58,799 nt of DNA. It comes from Verrucomicrobiota bacterium (GTDB lineage Bacteria; Verrucomicrobiota; Verrucomicrobiia; Limisphaerales; SXQI01). The stretch covers positions 1-58,799 of the forward strand of contig JANRLX010000045.1 of assembly GCA_033762115.1 (NCBI GenBank), in the 5' to 3' direction. The translations under genes and the position numbers were made by a program. Shown piece after piece: positions 10,533-19,928 of the stretch; position 1 is the stretch's first letter; each line of letters begins with the position of its first letter. Below the pieces are notes generated by a model, which saw only the letters and a list, made by a program, of their open reading frames with translations, ran no database searches and had not been told where the DNA came from.

Positions 10533-11323
10533 TGAACTTTGTTCGGAATCAGCGGCTCAGAAATTCTTTGGATGTTAAGAGCTCGACCGCGTTGGTCCAA
10601 TTCCACCACTGCTCCATTAAGGACCACCCGTTCACTTGCCACCATGAAACGTTGTGGGGTGTTGGTCAAAAACCGGTTGATGATCGGCTGGATTTCACGA
10701 CCCAATATGCTCTCCTGCGGTCCGGTGAAACCCGCATCACATAAAAATGCGGTACCTCCTGGAAATATTTGCTCATCGGCGGTTTGGACGTGTGTATGTG
10801 TGCCGATGACAGCGCTCACCTGCCCGTCGAGCATCCGGGCCATGGCAATTTTTTCAGAGGTTGCTTCTGCGTGCATATCCAAAAAAATGAAGGAAGTTTT
10901 GGTCCTTAAGCGATCCACCTCTGCCTGCACCATGAGAAATGGGTTTTCCAACACAGGCATGAAAGTCCTTCCCTGCGCGTTCATAACAGCGAAAGGAGGC
11001 AAACCTTCCTTTTGAATGACAAGACTGCCTTGTCCCGGCACCTCTGGCGGATAGTTGATGGGGCGGACCATTCTCTTTTCATGCTGCAACAGATGGTTGA
11101 TTTCCTTTTGGTCCCAAAGATGGTCACCCATCGTAACGGCATCCACGCCCGCTGCAAAAATTTCTGCCGCTGTTGCAATGGTTAACCCGGACCCGCCTGC
11201 AGCATTTTCCGCATTTGCCACCACATAATCAATTTTGTGACGTTCACGAATGTGAGGTAGTAACGTTGCGACTGCCTTGCGCCCCGGTTCTCCAACGATG
11301 TCTCCGATGAATAGAAATTTCAC
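10529..11323 (-). CDS. ymdB: TIGR00282/YmdB-family metallophosphoesterase
   Basis: GDIVG, NAENAAGG, MGDHLWD, DMHAEATSEK, GTHTHVQTAD. Confidence 0.92.
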   Translation of the reverse strand: MKFLFIGDIVGEPGRKAVATLLPHIRERHKIDYVVANAENAAGGSGLTIATAAEIFAAGVDAVTMGDHLWDQKEINHLLQHEKRMVRPINYPPEVPGQGSLVIQKEGLPPFAVMNAQGRTFMPVLENPFLMVQAEVDRLRTKTSFIFLDMHAEATSEKIAMARMLDGQVSAVIGTHTHVQTADEQIFPGGTAFLCDAGFTGPQESILGREIQPIINRFLTNTPQRFMVASERVVLNGAVVELDQRGRALNIQRISEPLIPNKVQ

Positions 11324-11423
11324 TGAGTATCACGTTACGATCAGCCGGGCCTGTGGCAATGAGAAAGCAGTCCATAGTTCCAAGTTCTTGACCCCGAATG
11401 CTGAACCGGGCAGATTCTACGGG

Positions 11424-12086
11424 GTGGAAAATGAACCCCAGGCAGCCTCAGCAGGAGGCGAGCATTCCGCCCCTTCACCCAGGCGTGAAGAAGTTGCGGA
11501 ACACACTCCTGCGAATGTTCCTATTCAGGAACCGCGCCAATCATCCCAGGATTTTCAAGGTACCGATCAACCTGCACAACGCGCCGAAAACCAACCTGAT
11601 CAATCCTCCCCGCCATCTGGCCAGGAAAGTCAGGGAACAGATTTTCGCGGTCGTGGACGGCGTGGTCCGCATCGTGGCAGACGCCCCCGTGATAATCGTC
11701 GAGGACGGGGGCCATTTCGCCGCGAGGATGTTCCCTCTCAGGATACAGGCTCGCAACCGCAGCAACCGCATTCCTATCCAGATCACCGGGATACAGAGCA
11801 CCCATCGCCACGCCAGCAGTCACCTTCGATGCGGGCCATCAAAGCGCAGGTGGACCGGATCCGTCAGGCACTTGAAGGAGTTCTCCGTGATCTCGAACGA
11901 GTTGCCGTGCAATTAGGCCAGGCGGAGCAGGAAAAGGAAATTGCCGAGGAGGAGATTGAGAACTTGCGTCAGGCTTTGAACAGCCTCCAACGTCATTCGC
12001 ACTCCCCTTCCCAGGGCTATGCTGCCCATCGTCACGAGCAGCGACAGCGTCCAAGCCCGGAAAGTGAGCCGGACGAGGAAGATTAG
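11424..12086 (+). CDS. Hypothetical intrinsically disordered protein with RG-rich tract and C-terminal coiled coil
   Basis: Q/P/S/E-rich composition, RGRGRRGPHRGRRPRDNRRGRG, heptad region RAIKAQV...LNSLQR; GTG start at 11424 chosen to avoid overlapping ymdB. Confidence 0.7.
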   Translation: MENEPQAASAGGEHSAPSPRREEVAEHTPANVPIQEPRQSSQDFQGTDQPAQRAENQPDQSSPPSGQESQGTDFRGRGRRGPHRGRRPRDNRRGRGPFRREDVPSQDTGSQPQQPHSYPDHRDTEHPSPRQQSPSMRAIKAQVDRIRQALEGVLRDLERVAVQLGQAEQEKEIAEEEIENLRQALNSLQRHSHSPSQGYAAHRHEQRQRPSPESEPDEED

Positions 12087-12131
12087 GCGCGAGGCCACTT
12101 GCAATACCCGTTCGGTGTGGAAGTTTCTTTC

Positions 12132-12656
12132 ATGGGAGCGGATAATTTACCAAAGGCCACCACCGAACAGGTGCTCGGAAGTGCTCATTCGAATCTCAAA
12201 ATCCCTGCCCAATGGCAGCAACATTACGCCAGGCTTGACCGACTCAGAGAGCGAGCGTTGCGATTCAAGGAGGAATTAAAGCAGGATATCGAAGGAGAAG
12301 ATCCCACCGCTGCTCATGGGCTTCACATGGCAGACATGGCCACGGACCAGTACGATGAGGATTTCGCCTGGGGAATGCTTTCTGGTAGGCAGGAGGTAAT
12401 TTATGAAATCGAGCAGGCCATGGACCGGATAAAAAATGGCAGCTATGGAATTTGCGAGATCACCGGCAAACCGATTCCTCTCGAACGGCTTGATGCCATA
12501 CCATGGACTCGATTTTCTCTGGAGGCGGAGAAAGGACTGGAAGAAAGGGGTGAAACTGACCGCATGCAATTAGGCCAGGTGGATCGGATCACCCGCAACC
12601 AAACCGCACGTTCAATTGGTCAAACGCATAACCAGCTTTCAGACGAGAATAATTAA
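12132..12656 (+). CDS. DksA/TraR-family protein
   Basis: HMADMATD coiled-coil tip, EIEQAMDRIKNGSYGICEITGKPIPLERLDAIPW; start could be TTG 12099. Confidence 0.88.
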   Translation: MGADNLPKATTEQVLGSAHSNLKIPAQWQQHYARLDRLRERALRFKEELKQDIEGEDPTAAHGLHMADMATDQYDEDFAWGMLSGRQEVIYEIEQAMDRIKNGSYGICEITGKPIPLERLDAIPWTRFSLEAEKGLEERGETDRMQLGQVDRITRNQTARSIGQTHNQLSDENN

Positions 12657-12690
12657 CTGTCAGCAAATTTCGCGGTGCGAAAATCAATGA

Positions 12691-15600
12691 CTACTCTGCG
12701 GTCACTACTTCCAAGGAACGATTATTCACTTGAAGTTCGTTTTGCTGGTCCAGAGTGTTCGAGACGGATCCTGCTGATGGAGGCAAATTATTTGAGCTTT
12801 CTTCATCCGCTTTGTGGAATTTCACACTCACAATTTTACTGACTCCATGCTCTTCCATCGTTACCCCATAAAGCACATCAGCCATCCCAATGGTCCTCTT
12901 ATTATGGGTGATAATAACAAACTGGCTATGCGCAAGAAAACGCTGCAAGACCATGATGAAACGATTGATGTTTGATTCATCCAGCGGGGCATCCAATTCG
13001 TCCAACACACAAAACGGACTTGGCTTCACCTGATAGATGGAGAAAAGCAGCGCCACGGCCGTCATCGTCTGCTCCCCACCAGATAAAAGCGAGATGCTTT
13101 GTAATTGTTTGCCAGGAGGACGCGCAACGATCTCAATGCCACTTTCAAGCACATCTCCTTCGTCTGTAAGCACAAGGTCCGCTTTACCGCCGCCGAATAT
13201 CTCGGTAAACAGCGCACGAAAATTATCACGGATTTTCACGAAGGTTTCAGTGAACATCTCCCGTGTTTGAGTGTTGATGCGATTGATCACATCCAGCAAT
13301 TGTTCCTTTGCTTTTACCAAGTCCTCGTACTGGCTGGTCAGGAATTGATATCGTTGCTCGGTTTCCTCGTACTCTTCAATCGCGACGAGGTTTACCGCGC
13401 CCATTTCCTCAATTCGCTTTTGCAATGCTGAAACCTGCTCCGCAACGGAATCCCAGTCGGTGCTAAGACCGCGGGCAGCCATTTCATCCGGGGTCAACGT
13501 TTCAATCTTCGCCGGACCTTCATCTGCAATGGTGATTGTAATGCACTCACTGCGAATATCGCCGATGTTGACCTGATATTTCTCGTGTATTCGTTGGGTG
13601 AGGTTCTGCACGGACATATGCCGCTGGGCCAGGTCGACATCCAGGCTCGCTCGTTGTTGCTGAATTTCATTCAGGCGGCGGCGTTGTCCCTTCAGACTCT
13701 CTTCACGAGAAATGATTTCGAGTTCCTGGGTTTCCTTTTGTCCGAGAAACTCAGCCAGCATTCGATTGACCTGCTCCCGTTCATGCGCCAATCCCTCAAT
13801 CCTGCTTTTTGAACTCTCAATATCTGCCTCGTATTGACCGCGCCGCACAACAAAAGAACTCACCTCATTTTTCCGTTGATCCAACAGATGAGACAATTCC
13901 TTAACCCGGTTGTGCAATGCGTTTTGCTGCTGCTGAAAAGAAGCCGTGACCTGCTCAGAGGTGGCGAGTGCCACCTTCGTTTCAGTAAGGGTGGCATTGG
14001 CAGAATCTCTTTGCTGGCGCAGGACATCCAGCAAAGCGTTATGTTCGGAAACTTCCTTTTGCAGAGACAGTTCACGTTCGCCCAGGTTACCCATCTGTTC
14101 AGCCAGAAGATTTCGTTTTCCATTCCCCTCCTCTTCCTGGGCAACCAACCGTTGGATCTCAAATGTGACTGTCTGGACTTTTTGTGTGAGGCCGCGCAAC
14201 GAATTCTGAAGTGCGTTGAATTCCCCCTGTCGCGTGGCAATCGCCACTTCCTGCGTGCGCAACTCGTTCTGGGCCTGTTGAAGTCCTGCCTGCAACGCGG
14301 TTTGTTCGCTTTGCAAGGCGCCTTTTCGTCGACTGCTTTCGTTGACACTTTCCTGCAATCCGGCCAGGGCTGCATGCAGTTCAGCGATTTGATTTTTCCG
14401 CGCCAGGATGGAACTCCCCGGTTTCCCATTTCCGTTTCCAGTTCCGCCTGAATAAATTCCTTCTCGTGAAAGGGTTTCTCCTTTGGGGGTGACGAAATCA
14501 AAAGCTCCCCTGCTTTGTTGCCAGGCCTCGGTGGCGCGTGCCAGATCAGGTGCAATCCAGGTCCGTCCCAGCAATCTTCCAAGCAATGGAGTGACCGATT
14601 CATCACCTTGGACAACCCCCAAGGCGAAAATCAGTCCCTCGACAGAAGGAGCAGCAACGTCACTGATTTCATCTGTGGCAAAGGATAACGGGGCGATGCT
14701 TGCGCGTCCTTTTTTATTCTGCTGAAGATCATTAATGATCATTTGGGCCGCATCAGGCTGTTCGGAAAGCACCAACTGAAGATTTGTTCCGAGGGCGGTT
14801 TCAATGGCTGCAATGTACTCGTCTGAAACGCGGATTTTGTCCGTGAGAGTTCCAATCACACCTTGAGCACCTTTGAGAACTGCCAATGTTCCGGCACTGA
14901 AACCTTCGTAATCATTCTGTAACTGCTCCAGCACATTTAACCTGGAACGCTTTTCCGCCTGTTGACGCAATAACATGTCCAATGATTGCCCGGCTTCGGC
15001 CAGCTCTCCCTGAATTTCCCGTAATCGTTTCTGTCGTTCTTCCACAGTGCCGCGGCTTGCCTGAACAGAGAGCTTCTCTGCTTCGACATTCGCGGCAAAC
15101 TCCTCAAGTCGGGCTTCCAATCGTGATTTTTCCTCCTCCACCTGGATTTTCTCAGCGCCGAGTTTTTCCAATCGCACCACGTTCCCCTGCTTTTGAAGAT
15201 CAAGGGAATTGATTTCGTTGCGAACACGGCTGAGTTGTTGCGCGGCGGCAAAAAGATCTGATTGCGCCTTCCGCAAAGTGTCCTGCCTGGCCATCAACTC
15301 CCGTTCGATTCCCTGCAATGCCTCGCGACGTTGATTGAGAATCGCTCGATTATTCTCCAATTCCGCCTGGGCGGCACTCAACTTGCCAGTTACAAATTCC
15401 AACTCCTCCCTGGCAGCGGCTTGCCGTTCTTCACCCTGCGTGATGTCAGTCACAGCCTTGGTATTCTGCGCTTCCAGTTCATGCAATCGCTCCAGATTGA
15501 ACTGGATTTTGCTTTCATGCCGCTCCACCTGGTTTTTTAGCTCCTGCCCCTGCTGTTGGGTGGCGCTGATCTGCTGCTCCAGTTCAGAAAGCAATTCGCG

Positions 15601-16434
15601 CAATGTCTGGACCTCGGTTTCGCCGCGTGTCACGCTTTCAGAGCAGACTTCCAGTTCAACCGCAAGTTTCTCCACTGTCTCCGTTTTGCTCCTGATTTCA
15701 GTTTGGAGAACATCATACTGATGTCGTGCCAGCTGAGTATCCAGGTGCTGAAGTTCGGCCTGCAACGCTTTATAGCGACGTGCTTTGCCTGCCTGACGCT
15801 GGAGAGAACCAATTTGCCGTTTAACTTCTTTGATCAGGTCCTCGACGCGGAGAAGGTTTTGGTCCGTGTGCTCGAGTTTTCGGAGTGATTCCTTTTTTTG
15901 CGCCTTGAACTTCGTGATCCCCGCCGCCTCTTCAAAAACGGTTCGTCGGTCCTCCGGCTTGCTGGAGATAATCTGGGTGATGTTCCCCTGGGCCATAATG
16001 CTGTAACTCGTGCGCCCCATCCCCGTACCCATGAAAAGTTGCTGGATATCTTTTAAACGACAGGGAGTTTTGTTGATAAAATACTCACTGCCTCCATCGC
16101 GGAACACCCGCCGAGTGACGGTCACCTCATTATACTCGATTTCAACCCCGGCAGCTTTGAGGTGTTCCGAGTCCACATCGCCAATGGTCAATGAAACTTC
16201 GGCCATCCCAAGCGGCTTCCGGTAATCAGTCCCGTTAAATATGACATCAGCCATTTCGCCACCGCGTAATGCCTTGGCAGATTGCTCGCCCAGCACCCAC
16301 CGGATTGCATCAGAAATGTTGGATTTTCCGCACCCGTTCGGTCCGACAATAGCCGCGACCCCGGGGACAAAGTTCAGGGTGGTTTTGTCTGCGAAAGACT
16401 TGAAGCCGAGAGCAGTCAAATTTTTCAGATACAT
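12691..16434 (-). CDS. smc: Chromosome segregation protein SMC
   Basis: GFKSFAD, GPNGCGKSN, long coiled coils around a hinge (GETLSREGIYSGG), LSGGE, LDELDAPLD. Confidence 0.98.
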   Translation of the reverse strand: MYLKNLTALGFKSFADKTTLNFVPGVAAIVGPNGCGKSNISDAIRWVLGEQSAKALRGGEMADVIFNGTDYRKPLGMAEVSLTIGDVDSEHLKAAGVEIEYNEVTVTRRVFRDGGSEYFINKTPCRLKDIQQLFMGTGMGRTSYSIMAQGNITQIISSKPEDRRTVFEEAAGITKFKAQKKESLRKLEHTDQNLLRVEDLIKEVKRQIGSLQRQAGKARRYKALQAELQHLDTQLARHQYDVLQTEIRSKTETVEKLAVELEVCSESVTRGETEVQTLRELLSELEQQISATQQQGQELKNQVERHESKIQFNLERLHELEAQNTKAVTDITQGEERQAAAREELEFVTGKLSAAQAELENNRAILNQRREALQGIERELMARQDTLRKAQSDLFAAAQQLSRVRNEINSLDLQKQGNVVRLEKLGAEKIQVEEEKSRLEARLEEFAANVEAEKLSVQASRGTVEERQKRLREIQGELAEAGQSLDMLLRQQAEKRSRLNVLEQLQNDYEGFSAGTLAVLKGAQGVIGTLTDKIRVSDEYIAAIETALGTNLQLVLSEQPDAAQMIINDLQQNKKGRASIAPLSFATDEISDVAAPSVEGLIFALGVVQGDESVTPLLGRLLGRTWIAPDLARATEAWQQSRGAFDFVTPKGETLSREGIYSGGTGNGNGKPGSSILARKNQIAELHAALAGLQESVNESSRRKGALQSEQTALQAGLQQAQNELRTQEVAIATRQGEFNALQNSLRGLTQKVQTVTFEIQRLVAQEEEGNGKRNLLAEQMGNLGERELSLQKEVSEHNALLDVLRQQRDSANATLTETKVALATSEQVTASFQQQQNALHNRVKELSHLLDQRKNEVSSFVVRRGQYEADIESSKSRIEGLAHEREQVNRMLAEFLGQKETQELEIISREESLKGQRRRLNEIQQQRASLDVDLAQRHMSVQNLTQRIHEKYQVNIGDIRSECITITIADEGPAKIETLTPDEMAARGLSTDWDSVAEQVSALQKRIEEMGAVNLVAIEEYEETEQRYQFLTSQYEDLVKAKEQLLDVINRINTQTREMFTETFVKIRDNFRALFTEIFGGGKADLVLTDEGDVLESGIEIVARPPGKQLQSISLLSGGEQTMTAVALLFSIYQVKPSPFCVLDELDAPLDESNINRFIMVLQRFLAHSQFVIITHNKRTIGMADVLYGVTMEEHGVSKIVSVKFHKADEESSNNLPPSAGSVSNTLDQQNELQVNNRSLEVVTAE

Positions 16435-16480
16435 GGCAGGAAAAAGAATAATGAGCAGGCAGAAAGGCGCAAGGGAAAAA

Positions 16481-16527
16481 CCACCATTAGTAGTGGCAAG
16501 TTATTAACAACATACAACTTATTGCTA
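16481..16527. promoter_or_regulatory. Putative tandem NrdR-like boxes upstream of smc
   Basis: 16-mers CCACCATTAGTAGTGG (16481-16496) and ATACAACTTATTGCTA (16512-16527) share the C4/A6/T11/G13 pattern of NrdR boxes and start 31 bp apart. Confidence 0.45.
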
Positions 16528-16546
16528 TTAGTTGACTAAACCAACT

Positions 16547-17068
16547 TTATTTTTGTTGATGCTCTTCAATTCGAGCCAGAACCTGCTCCGGTTTCACATC
16601 CTTCAATAACTCTTCCAACTCCGGATCTTGTGATTCCTCGATCCCCATCTTGTGGGCCATCTGTTTGACCAGCAGGAACATACGAGTAATCTCATGCTCC
16701 GCCAAAAGGCTGACCTGCAAATCCAAATCGGCTCGTTTGTCCGCAAGGGCCTGCATCCGGTTCTGTGAAATTAAAATAAATGTGGAAAGAAAAATGGCTT
16801 CGACAGACGCAATCATGGCCAAAATCACAAAGGATTTGTCAAATGGCCGGATTCCCGGGATCCATCCCAGATTAATCACGATCCATCCTCCGAAGAGAAG
16901 AAAATGGAGAAATACAAAGGTCATACTCCCGGTAAACCGGGTAATCGCATCCGCCAGCCGATCCTGGAAACTTTTGCTGGCTTCCTCCTGCTGCCGCTTT
17001 TTGAGCAGGGCTCGGATGTTTCGGTCCACGATCTGCGCCATTTCAGAATGATCTGTGCGTTTGTCCAT
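16547..17068 (-). CDS. DUF1003-family membrane protein
   Basis: DRLADAITRFTGS, EAIFLSTFILISQNR, DLQVSLLAEHEIT. Confidence 0.88.
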   Translation of the reverse strand: MDKRTDHSEMAQIVDRNIRALLKKRQQEEASKSFQDRLADAITRFTGSMTFVFLHFLLFGGWIVINLGWIPGIRPFDKSFVILAMIASVEAIFLSTFILISQNRMQALADKRADLDLQVSLLAEHEITRMFLLVKQMAHKMGIEESQDPELEELLKDVKPEQVLARIEEHQQK

Positions 17069-17235
17069 ATTTCTCCCATTTAAGGTATGCTGCTGAACTG
17101 AAATCACAACCAAGCCACGATTTGCGTGGCATGAAGTGGGAAATTCTGGGAATTGTTGGTCATGACAGGATGCAGCTTACGTTTTCATGGGATCAGGACA
17201 GCAAAACTATTTAAAGCCTGAAGCGCTGACCTGCC

Positions 17236-18168
17236 TTGCAACGTAATCACCCAGGCAGTTCCAATAGCAGCATCGCTGCGGGACTTTTTTGTGCCATCAT
17301 CCTTTGGGGAAGCAATAACGCCGCGACCAAATACCTTGTGCAGGGCTGGCCTCCTGTGCTGGTAGGTGCCACCCGGTTCTTTATAGCAGGGGTCATCATC
17401 ATTGGGATTTTACGATGGAGTTCACTGCTGCAATCCAGTGGCCCGCTCCCTGTGATGGTTCGAAAAAAGCTTTGGGGAGCACCCAGTATTGTCCTGGCGG
17501 TTTACCTGATCTTCTTTAACCTGGCGATGGAGTTTACTTCCGCCAGCCATGTGGCCCTTCATCTGGGCGCTTCACCCGTCTGGGCATTGCTTTGGGAACG
17601 GCGTCCTGAATGGTCGGCAAAATCCCTCCAGAGTTATGGAGCGGCGCTGCTTGCACTGTCAGGAGTGGTGATCCTGTTCTGGCCTGTGCTTCATCAGGGA
17701 GGAACTGGCTGGATTGGGGAAGTTCTGGCCTTTGGCTCAAGTATTTTCTGGACGGCTTATGGACGGCAGTGCCGTGCTTTGACGACCGTGCTGACCTCCG
17801 CTGAAGTCGCTGCGTGCACATTCTGGCGGGGAGGACTTATGGTGACCCCCATTGCAATTGGCGAGTTGCTGTATCGCGGAATTGACCCTGACCCAAAATA
17901 TCTCATCGTCCAGAGCTATTGTATTATTGCCAGCGGCGTTATTGCTTTTTTGCTTTGGAACCGAGGATTAAAATATTGGCCAACCAGCAAAGTATATCTC
18001 TTTAACAACCTCATTCCGTTAAGCACCACCTTGTTTGCCTATTTATTTTTGAAGGAGCCGATCAGCCCTACATTTGGGATTGCCATGTGCCTTATTCTTG
18101 CAGGGGTCGGTCTCGGGCAATTGGGCTGGAATTTGGTGGGGAGAAAATTAACACAGGAAAGTAGTTAG
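17236..18168 (+). CDS. DMT/EamA-family transporter
   Basis: About ten hydrophobic helices, ILWGSN start, FLLWNRGL, LFLKEPIS. Confidence 0.85.
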   Translation: MQRNHPGSSNSSIAAGLFCAIILWGSNNAATKYLVQGWPPVLVGATRFFIAGVIIIGILRWSSLLQSSGPLPVMVRKKLWGAPSIVLAVYLIFFNLAMEFTSASHVALHLGASPVWALLWERRPEWSAKSLQSYGAALLALSGVVILFWPVLHQGGTGWIGEVLAFGSSIFWTAYGRQCRALTTVLTSAEVAACTFWRGGLMVTPIAIGELLYRGIDPDPKYLIVQSYCIIASGVIAFLLWNRGLKYWPTSKVYLFNNLIPLSTTLFAYLFLKEPISPTFGIAMCLILAGVGLGQLGWNLVGRKLTQESS

Positions 18169-18179
18169 CCCTCGCGTAG

Positions 18180-19745
18180 TTGCAGAATCCCCCCTCTTCA
18201 GACACATTGAGGCCGGTGGGTACGGGAAACATAACAATTCAGTTTGGGTTGGAGACGGAAATAGGCATTTCCCGCGATTCGGAGGAGGAAATCGATGTTG
18301 TTGCGGAATCCATCGCCCTTGTTCGCAGTTCAGTAGAACCAGGCATCTGGATGCGGTGGGATTATGGCAGCGAAGATCCGCACGCGGACATGCGCGGCTT
18401 TCGCGTTCGCGAATTACGCCAGGACACCGATGAAGCAAATTACTACACACAGGATGCAGAACGGGAGCTTAGCTTCGCTGAAATCAAAAGTGATTTTGTC
18501 CTGACCAACGGAGCACGTTTCTACAACGATCATGCCCATCCGGAATATTGCACCCCTGAATGCAGCACCCTTGCCGAGTTGATTGCGCATGATCGTGCGG
18601 GCGACAAAATCCTGATGGCCTGCGCGGAGCATCTCTCACGGGAGAGTGGTTCCACCGTTCGGCTATACAAAAACAATACGGACTTTTTCGGGCACAGTTA
18701 CGGGTGCCATGAAAATTATCTCCTGCCACGTTCGTTGCCGTGGGAAACACTCGCTCAAAAGATTCAAGCTTTCCTGGTTACGCGCCAAATCTTTGCCGGG
18801 GCAGGAAAATTCGGGGTGGAAACTGAAGATGCATTCCTCAGGCCTGGTTTTCAAATTTCCCAAAGAAGCGATTTTTTCAGCGAGCTGCAAAGCGTGGACA
18901 CCATGCAGCGGCGTCCGATTGTTAATACGCGGGATGAGCCGCATGCAAACCCCAAAAAATTCCGCCGTTTTCATGTGATTATTGGCGACGCCAACATGTC
19001 TTCCTTTGCAACCAGGCTAAAGGTTGGCAGCACAGCTCTTGTGCTGGAAGCAATTGTGCGGGATCCGCAACGGGTTTATCCGCTTTTGGCCGATCCATTG
19101 GGGGCGTTGCGGGAAATTTCCCTCGATTCTACCTTCAAGTGGGCTGTTTCACTGAAGGATCAATCATTAACTTCAGCAATCGAGATTCAGCGACAGTACC
19201 TTTCTGCGGTTAAAGATCTTTGTGAACTTAAAACCGCGGAGCAGTTGGCCATTGTTGGAGATTGGGAAAAAATTCTGGCTGATCTCGAGTCGAATATCCT
19301 AATTTGCGGCGATCGTCTGGATTGGGTTGCAAAATGGACTCTGATCAAAGGGTTTCAGGAACAACAAAAACTTGCCTCGGATGATCCCTGGCTGAGAAGC
19401 CTGGACCTGGAATATCACCGGCTCAATCTTGAGGAAGGATTGTATTACGGATTGGAGCAGAACGGGTCTATTCGAAAAGTAATCGGCGATTCGGCTGTCA
19501 TGGAAGCAATGCACACTCCTCCCCTGACCACGCGAGCCTACGTGAGAGGCCGATGCATTAAAAAATTCCCACAGGAGGTCATCTCGGCCCAGTGGGACCA
19601 TATCACGTTGCAAGGCACCACTGGCCCGATTAAAATTTCTTTGCTGGATTTATTCGACCCCCAGTCAATTCTGCACTATGCTAGGATTGTCGATGCGGCC
19701 ATGACGCCTGATGATTTGAGCGTCATTAGTGAGAGGTCGCGTTAA
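18180..19745 (+). CDS. dop: Dop-like deamidase/depupylase (PafA2 family)
   Basis: GLETEIG, Dop-loop WDYGSEDPHADMRGF, NGARFYNDHAHPEY, YKNNTD..GHSYGCHENY, RPIVNTRDEPHA, RRFHVIIGDAN; exact start uncertain. Confidence 0.9.
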   Translation: MQNPPSSDTLRPVGTGNITIQFGLETEIGISRDSEEEIDVVAESIALVRSSVEPGIWMRWDYGSEDPHADMRGFRVRELRQDTDEANYYTQDAERELSFAEIKSDFVLTNGARFYNDHAHPEYCTPECSTLAELIAHDRAGDKILMACAEHLSRESGSTVRLYKNNTDFFGHSYGCHENYLLPRSLPWETLAQKIQAFLVTRQIFAGAGKFGVETEDAFLRPGFQISQRSDFFSELQSVDTMQRRPIVNTRDEPHANPKKFRRFHVIIGDANMSSFATRLKVGSTALVLEAIVRDPQRVYPLLADPLGALREISLDSTFKWAVSLKDQSLTSAIEIQRQYLSAVKDLCELKTAEQLAIVGDWEKILADLESNILICGDRLDWVAKWTLIKGFQEQQKLASDDPWLRSLDLEYHRLNLEEGLYYGLEQNGSIRKVIGDSAVMEAMHTPPLTTRAYVRGRCIKKFPQEVISAQWDHITLQGTTGPIKISLLDLFDPQSILHYARIVDAAMTPDDLSVISERSR

Positions 19746-19757
19746 AGGAAAGATCAT

Positions 19758-19928
19758 ATGCCTGACCAAGCCCAAAAGAATCGGCCTGCAGGACCCGGCC
19801 CCGGCAGCGGCGGAGATGGTCCTAATTCTCCGAAGATCGAAAAACCGAACGTCGAGGATTTGCTGAAAAGAATGCGAAAGGTGGATCCGGACCAGGCCAA
19901 ACGTTATCGGCAGCGGACCGGCCAATGA
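19758..19928 (+). CDS. ubact: UBact ubiquitin-like/Pup-like modifier, 56 aa (missed by ORF track)
   Basis: Manual translation MPDQAQKNRPAGPGPGSGGDGPNSPKIEKPNVEDLLKRMRKVDPDQAKRYRQRTGQ*; SD-like AAAGGA upstream; stop overlaps the prcB start (ATGA); C-terminal RTGQ matches the UBact R[T/S]G[E/Q] motif. Confidence 0.92.
   Translation: MPDQAQKNRPAGPGPGSGGDGPNSPKIEKPNVEDLLKRMRKVDPDQAKRYRQRTGQ

Noticed and set aside
12972..16539. Multiple ORFs within smc, and apparent repetitiveness
   Set aside because: Shadow frames of a coiled-coil gene; no DNA-level repeat array seen
19758..19928. Calling the modifier actinobacterial Pup
   Set aside because: It ends RTGQ rather than GGQ/GGE and is basic; it fits UBact
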